Positions 19,678 through 29,096 of a DNA stretch of 32,000 nucleotides are shown in pieces. The stretch lies in assembly GCF_000012905.2 (NCBI RefSeq), contig NC_007493.2, positions 2,970,001 to 3,002,000 on the forward strand. The letters are read 5' to 3'. Origin of the DNA: Cereibacter sphaeroides 2.4.1 (lineage in GTDB: Bacteria > Pseudomonadota > Alphaproteobacteria > Rhodobacterales > Rhodobacteraceae). The first letter of the stretch is position 1, and each line of letters starts with the position of its first letter. Position numbers and translations under genes: made by a program. Under the pieces are notes generated by a model. The model had not been told where the DNA came from. It saw nothing but the letters and a program-made list of their open reading frames with translations, and searched no databases.

Positions 19678-22305
19678 GTGAGCGACGACACCGTCACGCC
19701 GATGATGGCGCAATATCTCGAGATCAAGGCGCAGAACCCCGGCGCCATCCTGTTCTACCGGATGGGCGACTTCTACGAGATGTTCTTCGACGACGCGGCT
19801 CTGGCCGCCGAGGCGCTCGACATCGCGCTCACCAAGCGCGGCAAGCACCGCGGCGAGGATATCGCCATGTGCGGCGTGCCCATCCATGCGGCCGAGGGCT
19901 ATCTTCTCACGCTGATCCGCAAGGGCTTCCGCGTGGCCATCGCCGAGCAGATGGAGGATCCGGCCGAGGCGAAGAAGCGCGGCTCCAAGTCCGTGGTCCG
20001 GCGCGAGGTCGTGCGCCTCGTCACGCCCGGCACGCTGACCGAGGACACGCTGCTCGAAGCGCGGCGGCACAACTACCTCTGCGCCTTCGCCGAGATCCGC
20101 GACGAGGCGGCACTGGCCTGGGCCGACATCTCGACGGGTGAGCTCAGCGTCACGGCCTGCCCGCTGCCGCGCCTCATGCCCGAACTGGCCCGCCTCGCCC
20201 CGCGCGAGCTGCTGGTGGCCGACGAGCGGGAGCTCGACTGGATCGAGGAGGTGGGCTGCGCGCTGACGCCGCTCTCGCGGGCGAGCTTCGACAGCGCCTC
20301 GGCCGAGAAGCGGCTCTGCGCGCTCTTCGGCGTGGGCACGCTCGAAAGCTTCGGCAATTTCACCCGGGCCGAGCTTTCGGCCATGGGGGCGCTGGTCGAC
20401 TACCTCGACCTCACCCAGCGCGGCAAGCTGCCGCTCCTGCGCCCGCCCGTGCGCGAGACAGTAGGCGGCACGGTCCAGATCGACGCCGCCACCCGTCGCA
20501 ACCTCGAGATCACGCAGGCGCTTGCCGGAGGCCGCGACGGCTCGCTCCTCTCCGCCGTGGATCGCACCGTCACCGCTCCGGGCGCGCGCCTGCTCGAACG
20601 GCGGCTCTCGAGCCCCACCCGCGACCTCGGCCTGATCCACGAGAGGCTCGGCGCGGTGCGCTGGCTGACCGAAGAGCCGCGCCTGCGCGAGGAAATGCGC
20701 GCGAGCCTCCGCCGCGTGCCCGACATGGACCGCGCCCTCTCGCGGCTGGCACTCGACCGGGCCGGTCCCCGCGATATGGCCGCGATCCGGGCAGGCCTCG
20801 CCCAGGCCCAGGAGATCGCGCAGCGGATGCCCGCCGAGGCGCCCGCCCTCGTCACCCGCGCACTCGAGGCGCTCGGCGGCCACGAGGCGCTGGTGGATCT
20901 CCTCGATCAGGCTCTCGTGGCCGAGCCGCCGCTTCTCGCCCGCGACGGCGGCTTCATCGCACAGGGGTTCGATGCGGATCTCGACGAGACGCGCCGCCTG
21001 CGCGACGAGGGCCGCGGCGTCATCGCCTCGATGCAGGCGGGCTTCATCGAGGTGACCGGCATCCAGAGCCTGAAGATCAAGCACAACAACGTGCTGGGCT
21101 ATTTCATCGAGGTCACCTCGACCCATGCCGAGAAGATGCTCTCGGCCCCGCTCTCCGAGCGATTCATCCACCGCCAGACCACCGCCGGGCAGGTGCGCTT
21201 CACGACGGTGGAGCTGTCGGAGCTGGAAACGCGGATCCTGAACGCGGGCAACCGCGCGCTCGACCTCGAGAAGATGCATTTCGCAGCCCTGCGGACGGCG
21301 ATCCTCGATCTCGCCGGCCAGATCGGTCGCGCCGCCCGGTCGCTGGCCGAGCTCGACCTGATCTCGGCCTTCGCCGACCTCGCGGTGACCGAGGACTGGA
21401 CCGAGCCCGAGATCGACGACAGCCGCGCCTTCGCCATCGAGGCCGGGCGCCATCCGGTCGTCGAGCGCGCCCTGCGCCGCACCGGCACGCCCTTCGTCGC
21501 CAACCACTGCGACCTCTCCACCGGCGAGACGCCGGCGGTCTGGCTCATCACCGGGCCGAACATGGCCGGCAAATCCACCTTCCTGCGCCAGAACGCCCTG
21601 ATCGCGCTCCTCGCACAGGCGGGCAGCTTCGTTCCGGCCCGCCGCGCCCATATCGGCCTCGTGAGCCAGATCTTCAGCCGCGTCGGCGCCTCGGACGATC
21701 TGGCGCGCGGCCGCTCGACCTTCATGGTCGAGATGGTCGAAACCGCGGCCATCCTGAATCAGGCCGACGACCGCGCTCTCGTGATCCTCGACGAGATCGG
21801 CCGCGGCACCGCCACCTGGGACGGGCTCTCCATCGCCTGGGCCACGCTCGAACATCTGCACGACCGGAACCGCTGCCGCGCCCTTTTCGCCACCCACTAC
21901 CACGAGATGACCGCGCTGGCGGGCAAGCTCAAGGGCGTGGAAAACGCGACCGTCGCGGTGAAGGAATGGGAAGGCGACGTGATCTTCCTGCACGAGGTGC
22001 GGCGCGGTGCGGCCGACCGCTCCTACGGCGTGCAGGTCGCACGGCTTGCGGGCCTGCCCGCCTCGGTGATCGAGCGCGCACGCACCGTGCTCGACGCGCT
22101 CGAGTCAGGCGAGCGCGAGAGCGGCGGGCGACGCCAGACGCTCATCGACGACCTGCCGCTCTTCCGCGCGGCCCCGCCGCCGCCCGCGCCCGCGGCGCCG
22201 AAGACCTCACCCGTGGAAGAGCGGCTGCGCGAGATCCAGCCCGACGACCTCAGCCCGCGCGAGGCGCTGAAGCTCCTCTACGATCTCCGCGCGCTGCTGA
22301 CCTGA
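19678..22305 (+). CDS. mutS: DNA mismatch repair protein MutS
   Basis: The GTG at 19678 (VSDDTVTPMMAQYLEIK) is preceded by GGAAGGGGG; the track start at 19663 is in frame. Walker A GPNMAGKST and the motif DEIGRGT are present. Length is 875 aa. Confidence 0.95.
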   Translation: MSDDTVTPMMAQYLEIKAQNPGAILFYRMGDFYEMFFDDAALAAEALDIALTKRGKHRGEDIAMCGVPIHAAEGYLLTLIRKGFRVAIAEQMEDPAEAKKRGSKSVVRREVVRLVTPGTLTEDTLLEARRHNYLCAFAEIRDEAALAWADISTGELSVTACPLPRLMPELARLAPRELLVADERELDWIEEVGCALTPLSRASFDSASAEKRLCALFGVGTLESFGNFTRAELSAMGALVDYLDLTQRGKLPLLRPPVRETVGGTVQIDAATRRNLEITQALAGGRDGSLLSAVDRTVTAPGARLLERRLSSPTRDLGLIHERLGAVRWLTEEPRLREEMRASLRRVPDMDRALSRLALDRAGPRDMAAIRAGLAQAQEIAQRMPAEAPALVTRALEALGGHEALVDLLDQALVAEPPLLARDGGFIAQGFDADLDETRRLRDEGRGVIASMQAGFIEVTGIQSLKIKHNNVLGYFIEVTSTHAEKMLSAPLSERFIHRQTTAGQVRFTTVELSELETRILNAGNRALDLEKMHFAALRTAILDLAGQIGRAARSLAELDLISAFADLAVTEDWTEPEIDDSRAFAIEAGRHPVVERALRRTGTPFVANHCDLSTGETPAVWLITGPNMAGKSTFLRQNALIALLAQAGSFVPARRAHIGLVSQIFSRVGASDDLARGRSTFMVEMVETAAILNQADDRALVILDEIGRGTATWDGLSIAWATLEHLHDRNRCRALFATHYHEMTALAGKLKGVENATVAVKEWEGDVIFLHEVRRGAADRSYGVQVARLAGLPASVIERARTVLDALESGERESGGRRQTLIDDLPLFRAAPPPPAPAAPKTSPVEERLREIQPDDLSPREALKLLYDLRALLT

Positions 22306-22343
22306 GGCCGCTTTCATTCTGGCCGAAATATCCCGCGGGGGAG

Positions 22344-22362
22344 CCCGACCCCCGGGGTCGGG
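22344..22362. terminator. GC hairpin between convergent mutS and grpE
   Basis: CCCGACCCC / GGGGTCGGG form perfect inverted 9-mers, followed by a G8 run (22364..22371). There is no U-tract. Confidence 0.35.
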
Positions 22363-22417
22363 CGGGGGGGGCGCGCAGCCCCCCGTCCCGGGCGGCCACA
22401 GGCGCGCCCGCTGGCGC

Positions 22418-22987
22418 TCAGGCGCCGGTGTTCGAGGAAACGCCCACCTGCGCCGGACGCAGCAGCCGGTCGTGGATCATGAAGCCCTCGGTCATCACCT
22501 GAATGATCTGGCCGGCCTTGGTGCCGGGCACCGGAGCCTCGAACATCGCCTGATGCTGCTGCGGGTCGAACGTGTCGCCCACCTGCGGCGTGATCGGGCG
22601 CACGCCATGCTTGTTCATCACGTTGCGCAGTTCGCGAAGCGTGAGTTCCACGCCCTCGATCAGGGCCGCCGCCGCGGCGCGCTGCTCGTCGGTCGCCACC
22701 TCGAGCGCGCGGCTCAGGTTGTCGTAGACCGGCAGCAGGTCGCGCGCGAGCCGCGTGCCGCCATATTGCTCGGCCTCGCGCCGGTCGCGGTCGGCCCGCT
22801 TGCGGCTGTTCTCGGCATCCGCCAGCGCCCGCATGAATCGGTCGCGCAATTCGTCGCGCTCGGCGCGCAGGGTCTCGAGTTCGTCGATCTCCGGCGCCTC
22901 CGTCAGTTCGGGCGCTTCGACAGTTTCTTCCCGGGGTGCCTGGTCCTCGGCCATCTCGTCTTTCCTTGCGTTCGTCATGCTCGTCAT
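22418..22987 (-). CDS. grpE: Nucleotide exchange factor GrpE
   Basis: 189 aa. Typical GrpE sequence DRFMRALADAENSRKRADRD...LLPVYDNLSRAL...GFMIHDRLLRPAQV. The start overlaps the hrcA stop (ATGA). Confidence 0.9.
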   Translation of the reverse strand: MTSMTNARKDEMAEDQAPREETVEAPELTEAPEIDELETLRAERDELRDRFMRALADAENSRKRADRDRREAEQYGGTRLARDLLPVYDNLSRALEVATDEQRAAAAALIEGVELTLRELRNVMNKHGVRPITPQVGDTFDPQQHQAMFEAPVPGTKAGQIIQVMTEGFMIHDRLLRPAQVGVSSNTGA

Positions 22988-24054
22988 CCCTTGCCGCGGT
23001 CGGACACCAGCCGACCCACCAGCTGCGCCGTGTAATCGACGATCGGGACGATACGGCCGTAGTTCAGCCGCGTCGGACCGATCACGCCAATGGCGCCGAT
23101 GATCTTTCGATCCGCGTTCATATAGGGAGAGACCACCAGAGAGGAACCCGAAAGTGAGAAAAGCTTGTTTTCCGAGCCGATGAAAATGCGCACACCCTCG
23201 CCCGCCTCGGTCAGTTCCAGATATTCCGCGATGTCCCTCTTGCGCTCCAGATCGTCGAAGAGCGTGCGGATCCGCTCGAAATCGGCGGCCTCCGCCCCGC
23301 CTTCCAGCAGGTGCGACTGCCCCCGAACGATCAGCCGCTCCGACTGCTCGCCCGGGTTCTCCCAGACGGCCAGCCCGCTCTGGACCAGATCGTGCGCCAG
23401 CGCGTCGATCTCCTGGCGTCGGCGGGTGATCTCCTGCCCGATGGTCTGGCGCAGGTCGCCGAGCGTCCGCCCTTCGACCAGCGCATTCAGGAAGTTCGCC
23501 GCCTCGCGCATCGACGAGGCGGTCTGACCCGACGGCGGGCGGAAGACCCGGTTCTCGACGTGCCCGTCCGCAAAGACCAGCACCACCAGAGCCCGATCCG
23601 CGCCGAGGCTCACGAATTCGATGTGGCGGATCGCCGCCTCGTGCTTCGGCGCAAGCACGAGGCTCGCCCCCTGGGTGACCGCCGACAGCGTGGCCCCCAC
23701 CCGGTCGAGGAGCGAGACCACGTCGTGCTCGTTGCCCCCGAAGGTCGAGTCGATGCGCTCGCGGTCCTTCTCCGAGACCTGGCCCACCTCGAGCAGCCCG
23801 TCCACGAACATCCGCAGGCCGAGCTGGGTCGGGATCCGTCCCGCGGACACATGCGGGCTGTCGAGCAGGCCCAGATATTCCAGATCCTGCATCACATTGC
23901 GGATCGTGGCGGCGCTCACCTTCTCGGACATGTGCCGGGTAAGGGTGCGCGAGCCCACCGGATCGCCCGAGGCGAGATAGCCTTCCACCACGCGGCGGAA
24001 GACCTCGCGCGAGCGGTCGTTCATCTCCGAGAGCATCCTGCGGCCTTCGTTCAT
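22984..24054 (-). CDS. hrcA: Heat-inducible transcriptional repressor HrcA
   Basis: The ATG at 24054 ([38 protein letters not shown]) has GGAAGG 7 nt upstream. The track start at 24069 is a TTG. Length is 356 aa. Confidence 0.9.
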   Translation of the reverse strand: MNEGRRMLSEMNDRSREVFRRVVEGYLASGDPVGSRTLTRHMSEKVSAATIRNVMQDLEYLGLLDSPHVSAGRIPTQLGLRMFVDGLLEVGQVSEKDRERIDSTFGGNEHDVVSLLDRVGATLSAVTQGASLVLAPKHEAAIRHIEFVSLGADRALVVLVFADGHVENRVFRPPSGQTASSMREAANFLNALVEGRTLGDLRQTIGQEITRRRQEIDALAHDLVQSGLAVWENPGEQSERLIVRGQSHLLEGGAEAADFERIRTLFDDLERKRDIAEYLELTEAGEGVRIFIGSENKLFSLSGSSLVVSPYMNADRKIIGAIGVIGPTRLNYGRIVPIVDYTAQLVGRLVSDRGKG

Positions 24055-24079
24055 CCTGCTGCCTTCCAAGCGACTGCCG

Positions 24080-24109
24080 ACTTTAGCGAGGCCCCGCGCC
24101 GCCCGTCAA
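24080..24109 (-). promoter_or_regulatory. Candidate hrcA-grpE promoter
   Basis: On the minus strand, TTGACG-N18-TAAAGT lies about 25 nt upstream of the hrcA ATG. Read as TTG-N20-CTAAAG it could also fit a sigma-32-type promoter. This is a pattern match only. Confidence 0.25.
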
Positions 24110-24131
24110 TCGGGCTCGCCGTCAATCAGGG

Positions 24132-24160
24132 TTGCATCCCGGCCCGCCCGGGGCCTATCT
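24132..24160 (+). promoter_or_regulatory. Candidate rph operon promoter
   Basis: On the plus strand, TTG-N19-CCTATCT lies about 28 nt upstream of the rph ATG. It resembles alphaproteobacterial RpoH-type TTG...CYTATNT elements, but the spacing is 1-2 nt long. Confidence 0.2.
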
Positions 24161-24187
24161 GACGGCGGTCCAGAGATGAGGTTTTCC

Positions 24188-24901
24188 ATGCGTCCTTCCG
24201 GCAGAAAACTCGACCAGATGCGGTCGGTTTCCATCGAGCCCAATGTGATGAAACATGCCGAGGGCTCGTGCCTTATCCGCATGGGCGAAACGCATGTGCT
24301 CTGCTCGGCCTCGATCGAGGACAAGCCCCCGCCGTTCCTGAAGAATACCGGCCTCGGCTGGGTGACGGCCGAATATGGCATGCTGCCGCGCGCCACCACC
24401 TCGCGCAACCGCCGCGAGGCGGCCGCGGGCAAGCAGAGCGGCCGCACGCAGGAGATCCAGCGCCTGATCGGCCGGGCGCTCCGCGCGGGCGTCGACCGCT
24501 CCGCCCTCGGCGAGCGCCAGATCGTGATCGACTGTGACGTGCTGCAGGCCGACGGCGGCACCCGCTGCGCCTCGATCACGGGCGGCTGGGTCGCGCTGCG
24601 GCTCGCGGTGAACAAGCTGCTAAAGGCGGGGATCATCGTCTCGGATCCGATCGTCGATCATGTGGCGGCCGTGTCCTGCGGGATCTACGCGGGCCAGCCG
24701 GTGCTGGATCTCGACTATGCCGAGGATTCGACCGCCGGCACCGACGGCAACTTTGTCCTCACCGGCCGCAGCCGGATGATCGAGGTGCAGATGTCGGCCG
24801 AAGGTGCGAGCTTCTCGCGCGACGAGATGGGGCAGCTTCTCGACCTCGCCGAGGCGGGCATCGCCGAACTGGTGGCCGCGCAGAAGGCTGCCCTCGGATG
24901 A
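24188..24901 (+). CDS. rph: Ribonuclease PH
   Basis: The ATG at 24188 ([15 protein letters not shown]) has GAGG 6 nt upstream. Length is 237 aa, with canonical RNase PH sequence ([33 protein letters not shown]). Confidence 0.95.
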   Translation: MRPSGRKLDQMRSVSIEPNVMKHAEGSCLIRMGETHVLCSASIEDKPPPFLKNTGLGWVTAEYGMLPRATTSRNRREAAAGKQSGRTQEIQRLIGRALRAGVDRSALGERQIVIDCDVLQADGGTRCASITGGWVALRLAVNKLLKAGIIVSDPIVDHVAAVSCGIYAGQPVLDLDYAEDSTAGTDGNFVLTGRSRMIEVQMSAEGASFSRDEMGQLLDLAEAGIAELVAAQKAALG

Positions 24902-25509
24902 CGCGGAAATTCTCGGGCGACCGCCTGCTCGTCGCCACCCACAACAAGGGCAAGCTCGAAGAGATCCAGCATCTCTTCGAGCCTCTGGGCATCGAGGTCG
25001 TCTCGGCGGGAGAGCTGGGCCTGCCCGAGCCGGAAGAGACCGAAACCACCTTCGCGGGCAATGCGCGCATCAAGGCCCATGCGGCGGCGAAGGCCGCCGA
25101 CATGGTGGCGCTGGCCGACGATTCCGGGATCACCATCGACGCGCTGGACGGCGCGCCGGGCGTCTATACGGCCGACTGGGCCATGACCCCCACGGGGCGG
25201 GACTTCGTGAAGGCCATGACCGACACCTGGGCCAGGCTCGAAGCGGTGAACGCCCCCTTCCCGCGCCGCGCGCAGTTCCGCTGCACGCTGGTCCTCGCCT
25301 GGCCCGACGGCCATGACGAGGTCTTCGAAGGCGTGATGCCGGGACAGGTCGTCTGGCCGATGCGGGGCCAGCAGGGCCACGGCTACGACCCGATCTTCCA
25401 GCCCGATGGCAGCGAGCTCACCTTCGGCGAGATGGACCGCTGGGAGAAGAACGAGATCAGCCACCGCGCCCGCGCCTTCCGCAACCTCATGCAGGGCTGT
25501 TTCAAATGA
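24898..25509 (+). CDS. rdgB: Non-canonical purine NTP pyrophosphatase (dITP/XTPase, RdgB/HAM1 family)
   Basis: 203 aa. Motifs [28 protein letters not shown] and SHRARAF. It has 4-nt overlaps with rph and with the RidA gene. Confidence 0.9.
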   Translation: MTRKFSGDRLLVATHNKGKLEEIQHLFEPLGIEVVSAGELGLPEPEETETTFAGNARIKAHAAAKAADMVALADDSGITIDALDGAPGVYTADWAMTPTGRDFVKAMTDTWARLEAVNAPFPRRAQFRCTLVLAWPDGHDEVFEGVMPGQVVWPMRGQQGHGYDPIFQPDGSELTFGEMDRWEKNEISHRARAFRNLMQGCFK

Positions 25510-25880
25510 GGCGCATCTCCAGCGGCTCGCCGTTCGAGGCCACGATGGGCTATTCGCGCGCCGTGGTGAAGGGCGGCTGGTGTTTCGTCTCGGGCGTCAC
25601 CGGCTATGACTATGCCACCATGACCATGCCCGAGGACATCGCAGCCCAAGGGCGAAACTGCTTCGCCACCATCGCACGCGTTCTTGAGGAGGCCGGTTTC
25701 ACGATGGCCGACATCGTGCGGGTGCAGTATACGGTCACCGATGCGGCGCTGGTCGAGGCGCTGGTCCCCGTTCTGGGGGACGTGCTGGGCGAGATCCGCC
25801 CGGCCGCGACCATGGTCATCGCCGGGCTGATCCGCCCCGAGATGCTGGTCGAGATCGAGGTGACAGCCTTCAAGGGGTAG
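25506..25880 (+). CDS. RidA/YjgF/L-PSP family protein
   Basis: 124 aa, with YjgF-like fold sequence (SRAVVKGGWCFVSGVTG...ADIVRVQYTVTD...RPAATMVIAGL...VEIEVTA). Confidence 0.8.
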   Translation: MRRISSGSPFEATMGYSRAVVKGGWCFVSGVTGYDYATMTMPEDIAAQGRNCFATIARVLEEAGFTMADIVRVQYTVTDAALVEALVPVLGDVLGEIRPAATMVIAGLIRPEMLVEIEVTAFKG

Positions 25881-25882
25881 CG

Positions 25883-27040
25883 ATGGACGACTGGCGGAAC
25901 GGCGGCTTCGGGCTTTACCTGCACTGGCCGTTCTGTCAGTCGAAATGCCCCTACTGCGACTTCAATTCCCACGTCGCGGCCACCATCGACCAGGGGCGCT
26001 GGCAGCGCGCCTATCTCTCCGAAATCCGCCGTCTGGGCGCCGAGACCGAAGGCCGGGTGCTGAACTCGGTCTTCTTCGGCGGCGGCACGCCCTCGCTGAT
26101 GGAGCCCGACCTCGTGGCGGCCATCCTCGAGACGGTGCGCGCCACCTGGCCGCTCGCCAACGATCTGGAGGTGACGCTCGAGGCCAATCCGGGCTCGGTC
26201 GAGGCCGGGCGCTTCCGGGGCTATCGCGCAGCGGGCGTGAACCGCATCTCGATGGGCATTCAGGCGCTGAACGACGCGGACCTGAGGAAGCTCGGGCGGC
26301 TCCATACGGTGGCCGAGGCGCGGGCCGCGTTCGACGTGGCCCGCACGACCTTCGACCGGGTGAGCTTCGACCTGATCTATGCCCGGCAGGATCAGCCGCT
26401 GGAGCATTGGCGCAGCGAACTGACCGAGGCGCTGACGATGGCCGCCGATCACCTCTCGATGTATCAACTTACAGTTGAAGACGGCACGGCTTTCGGCGAC
26501 CGTTTCAAGCGGGGCAAGCTGCGGGGGCTGCCGGAAGAGGAGCTGTCGGCGGACATGTATGCGCTGACGCAGGATCTGTGCGAGGCGGCGGGCCTGCCCG
26601 CCTATGAAGTCTCCAATCACGCGCGGCCGGGCGCCGAATCGCGGCACAATCTGATCTACTGGCGCGGCGGCGACTATGCGGGCGTGGGACCCGGCGCCCA
26701 CGGGCGCCTCACCTTTCCGACCGGACGCTGGGCGACCGAAGCCCCCAGGGCACCCGCCGCCTGGCTCGAGCGCGTGGAACGCGACGGCACTGGCGAAGGC
26801 CCGCGGGTCCGACTGGACGCCGAGGATCATGCGCTCGAATATCTGATGATGTCCCTCCGCCTGCGTGAGGGGCTCGACCGCGGGCGCCATGCGGCGCTCG
26901 CCGGGCGGCCACTGGACGAGCGGCGGGTCGCGGACCTGCGGGAGATGGGCATGATCGACACGGACGACGAGCGGATCTTCGCGACGACCGAGGGCCGGAT
27001 GGTCCTCAATTCCGTCATCACCGCTCTGGCGGGGGCGTAG
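25883..27040 (+). CDS. hemW: Radical SAM heme chaperone HemW (HemN-like, coproporphyrinogen oxidase-related)
   Basis: 385 aa. LYLHWPFCQSKCPYCDFNS contains the CxxxCxxC motif, and GGGTPSL and a HemN C-terminal domain are present. Confidence 0.9.
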   Translation: MDDWRNGGFGLYLHWPFCQSKCPYCDFNSHVAATIDQGRWQRAYLSEIRRLGAETEGRVLNSVFFGGGTPSLMEPDLVAAILETVRATWPLANDLEVTLEANPGSVEAGRFRGYRAAGVNRISMGIQALNDADLRKLGRLHTVAEARAAFDVARTTFDRVSFDLIYARQDQPLEHWRSELTEALTMAADHLSMYQLTVEDGTAFGDRFKRGKLRGLPEEELSADMYALTQDLCEAAGLPAYEVSNHARPGAESRHNLIYWRGGDYAGVGPGAHGRLTFPTGRWATEAPRAPAAWLERVERDGTGEGPRVRLDAEDHALEYLMMSLRLREGLDRGRHAALAGRPLDERRVADLREMGMIDTDDERIFATTEGRMVLNSVITALAGA

Positions 27041-27041
27041 G

Positions 27042-27395
27042 ATGCGGCTCCTGTGGGTCTCGGCCGGCCTCGCCGCGCTGGGACTGGGCGTGCTGGGCAT
27101 CTTCCTGCCCCTCCTGCCCACCGTCCCCTTCCTCCTGCTCGCGGCCTTCTGCTTCGCCCGCTCGTCCGAGAGGCTGCACAGCTGGCTGATCCACCACCCC
27201 GTCCTGGGCCCGCCCATCCGCGACTGGGAGCGTTCGGGCGCCATCTCGCTCAAGGGCAAGCAGATGGCGACCCTGTCGATGCTGGCCGTCTTCGGGATCT
27301 CGGTCGGCCTTGGTCTCCGGCCGACGATCCTGGCCGTTCAGGCGGCGGCGCTCTGCGCCTCCGGCCTCTTCATATGGACCCGTCCCTCGGCATGA
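27042..27395 (+). CDS. ybaN: DUF454 inner-membrane protein YbaN
   Basis: 117 aa. GIFLPLLPTVPFLLLAAFCFARSSERLHSWL is typical of YbaN. Confidence 0.75.
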   Translation: MRLLWVSAGLAALGLGVLGIFLPLLPTVPFLLLAAFCFARSSERLHSWLIHHPVLGPPIRDWERSGAISLKGKQMATLSMLAVFGISVGLGLRPTILAVQAAALCASGLFIWTRPSA

Positions 27396-28272
27396 CCGAG
27401 AGTGTCCGGCACAGGGTGTCGAGATCGTCGAGCGTGTTGTAGCGGATCGTGAGCCGACCGTTCTCGCCGCCCGGCTCGTGATCGATCGTCACCGCCATCT
27501 TCAGATTGGCCGAGAGATCCGCCTCGAGCGCCCGCGTGTCGGCATCCTTCTCGCGGCCACCGCGCGGCGCGCTCGGCTTGCGCTTCTCGCCCGCCCCGCG
27601 CGCCAGACGCTCCGTGTCCCGCACCGAGAGGTTGCGCGAGATCACCTGCCGCGCCAGATCCGAGGCGTTGGGCGTGGTGATGAGCGCCCGCGCGTGGCCC
27701 GCGGTCAATTTCCCCTCCCGCAGCCAGGCCTGAACGTCGTCAGGAAGTTGAAGCAATCTCAACAAGTTAGCGATGTGAGAGCGGCTCCGTGACAGCGCCT
27801 CTGCCAGCTTCTCCTGTGTGTGGCCGAACCGGTCCATCAGCTGACGGTAACCCATCGCCTCTTCGATCGCATTCAGGTCGGCGCGCTGGATGTTCTCGAT
27901 GATCGCAACCTCGAGCACTTCCGTATCGTCGAACTCGCGCACGATCACCGGCACTTCGTGTAGCTGCGCGAGCTGCGACGCCCGCCACCGCCGCTCGCCC
28001 GCCACGATCTCGTAGCGGTCGCCATCCGGCATCGGCCGGACGATCAGCGGCTGGATCACGCCCTTCTGCCGGATGGAAGCGGCCAGATCCTCCAGCGCCT
28101 CCGGTCCGAAATCGCGACGCGGCTGATTCGGGTTCGGCATCAGCTTCTCGACCGGCACGAGAAGGTCCGGCCGGCGCGCTGCGCCCTGCCCCGCATCGAC
28201 CTCGACCTGAATGTCCGCCATCAGCGCGGACAGGCCGCGGCCAAGCCCACGACGCTCCATCTTCTTCTCCAT
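27370..28272 (-). CDS. parB: Chromosome partitioning protein ParB
   Basis: Contains RGLGRGLSALM, GERRWRA and an HTH region (SHIANLLRLLQLP). The ATG at 28272 overlaps the parA stop (TGATG). Alternative starts are GTG at 28275 and ATG at 28260. Confidence 0.9.
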   Translation of the reverse strand: MEKKMERRGLGRGLSALMADIQVEVDAGQGAARRPDLLVPVEKLMPNPNQPRRDFGPEALEDLAASIRQKGVIQPLIVRPMPDGDRYEIVAGERRWRASQLAQLHEVPVIVREFDDTEVLEVAIIENIQRADLNAIEEAMGYRQLMDRFGHTQEKLAEALSRSRSHIANLLRLLQLPDDVQAWLREGKLTAGHARALITTPNASDLARQVISRNLSVRDTERLARGAGEKRKPSAPRGGREKDADTRALEADLSANLKMAVTIDHEPGGENGRLTIRYNTLDDLDTLCRTLSVMPRDGSI

Positions 28273-29096
28273 CACAAGGCGGGTTCCTGTTGGGCCACGA
28301 GGCCGTGGCGCACCGCGATCTCCCGAGCCAGCGCCCGGTAGGCCTCGCTGCCCTTCGAGGTCGGATCGTAGGACAGCACCGGCAGCGCATAGGACGGCGC
28401 CTCGCTGACACGGACATTTCGCGGAATCATCGTGCGGAAGACCAGGTCGCCGAGGTTCTGGCGGGCATCGCCCTCAACCAGTTGCGACAGGTTGTTCCGT
28501 TTATCATACATCGTGAGCAGCACGCCCTCGATCTTCAGCGCCGGATTGGCCGTCCCCCGCACTTCGCGGATCGTCAGCATGAGCTGCGACAACCCTTCGA
28601 GGGCGAAGAACTCGCTCTGCAGCGGGACGAGAACCGAATCGCAGGCGATAAGCGCATTCACCGTCAGCAGGCTCAGCGACGGCGGACAGTCGATCAGGAT
28701 ATAGTCGAAGCCGAACCGCTCCATGCCCTGCTGCCGCAGCGCCTCGCGCAGCAGCTGGCTTCGCTTCTCGTTCACCGCAAGCTCGATGTCGGCCGAGGCA
28801 AGATCCGCATTCGCCGGACAGATGAAGAGGTTGTCGGTGCGCGTCGGCAGGACGACCTCGTCCAGATCCGGCCTGTCGAGAAGAAGGTCGTAGCTGGTCT
28901 TCAGCCGGTCGGGAGCCTCGATCCCGAGGCCGGTCGAGGCGTTGCCCTGCGGATCCAGATCGACCACCAGGATCCGGGCTCCGAGTTCCGCGAGGCCGGC
29001 AGCCAGGTTGATCGCAGTCGTGGTTTTGCCCACGCCCCCCTTCTGGTTCGCGATCGCCAGGATGAGCGGCTTTCCGGGTCGGTTCGAGTCAGACAT
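28272..29096 (-). CDS. parA: Chromosome partitioning ATPase ParA (Soj)
   Basis: 274 aa, with the deviant Walker A motif NQKGGVGKTTTAINL. It overlaps the rsmG stop by 8 nt. Confidence 0.95.
   Translation of the reverse strand: MSDSNRPGKPLILAIANQKGGVGKTTTAINLAAGLAELGARILVVDLDPQGNASTGLGIEAPDRLKTSYDLLLDRPDLDEVVLPTRTDNLFICPANADLASADIELAVNEKRSQLLREALRQQGMERFGFDYILIDCPPSLSLLTVNALIACDSVLVPLQSEFFALEGLSQLMLTIREVRGTANPALKIEGVLLTMYDKRNNLSQLVEGDARQNLGDLVFRTMIPRNVRVSEAPSYALPVLSYDPTSKGSEAYRALAREIAVRHGLVAQQEPAL

Noticed and set aside
19543-21993. An 816-aa minus-strand ORF antisense to mutS, and similar long shadow ORFs (2705..4567, 2754..4595, 15789..17639, 17453..19606, 9723..11102, 25610..27259)
   Set aside because: Each lies opposite to, or out of frame with, a gene carrying strong family motifs. 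The predicted proteins are compositionally biased (R/G/A/P/H/D-rich) and carry no motifs. They are GC-driven artefacts.
24070-24187. A CIRCE operator upstream of hrcA
   Set aside because: Only TTAGCGAG is present. There is no GAGTGCTAA-like inverted partner at N9 spacing on either strand.
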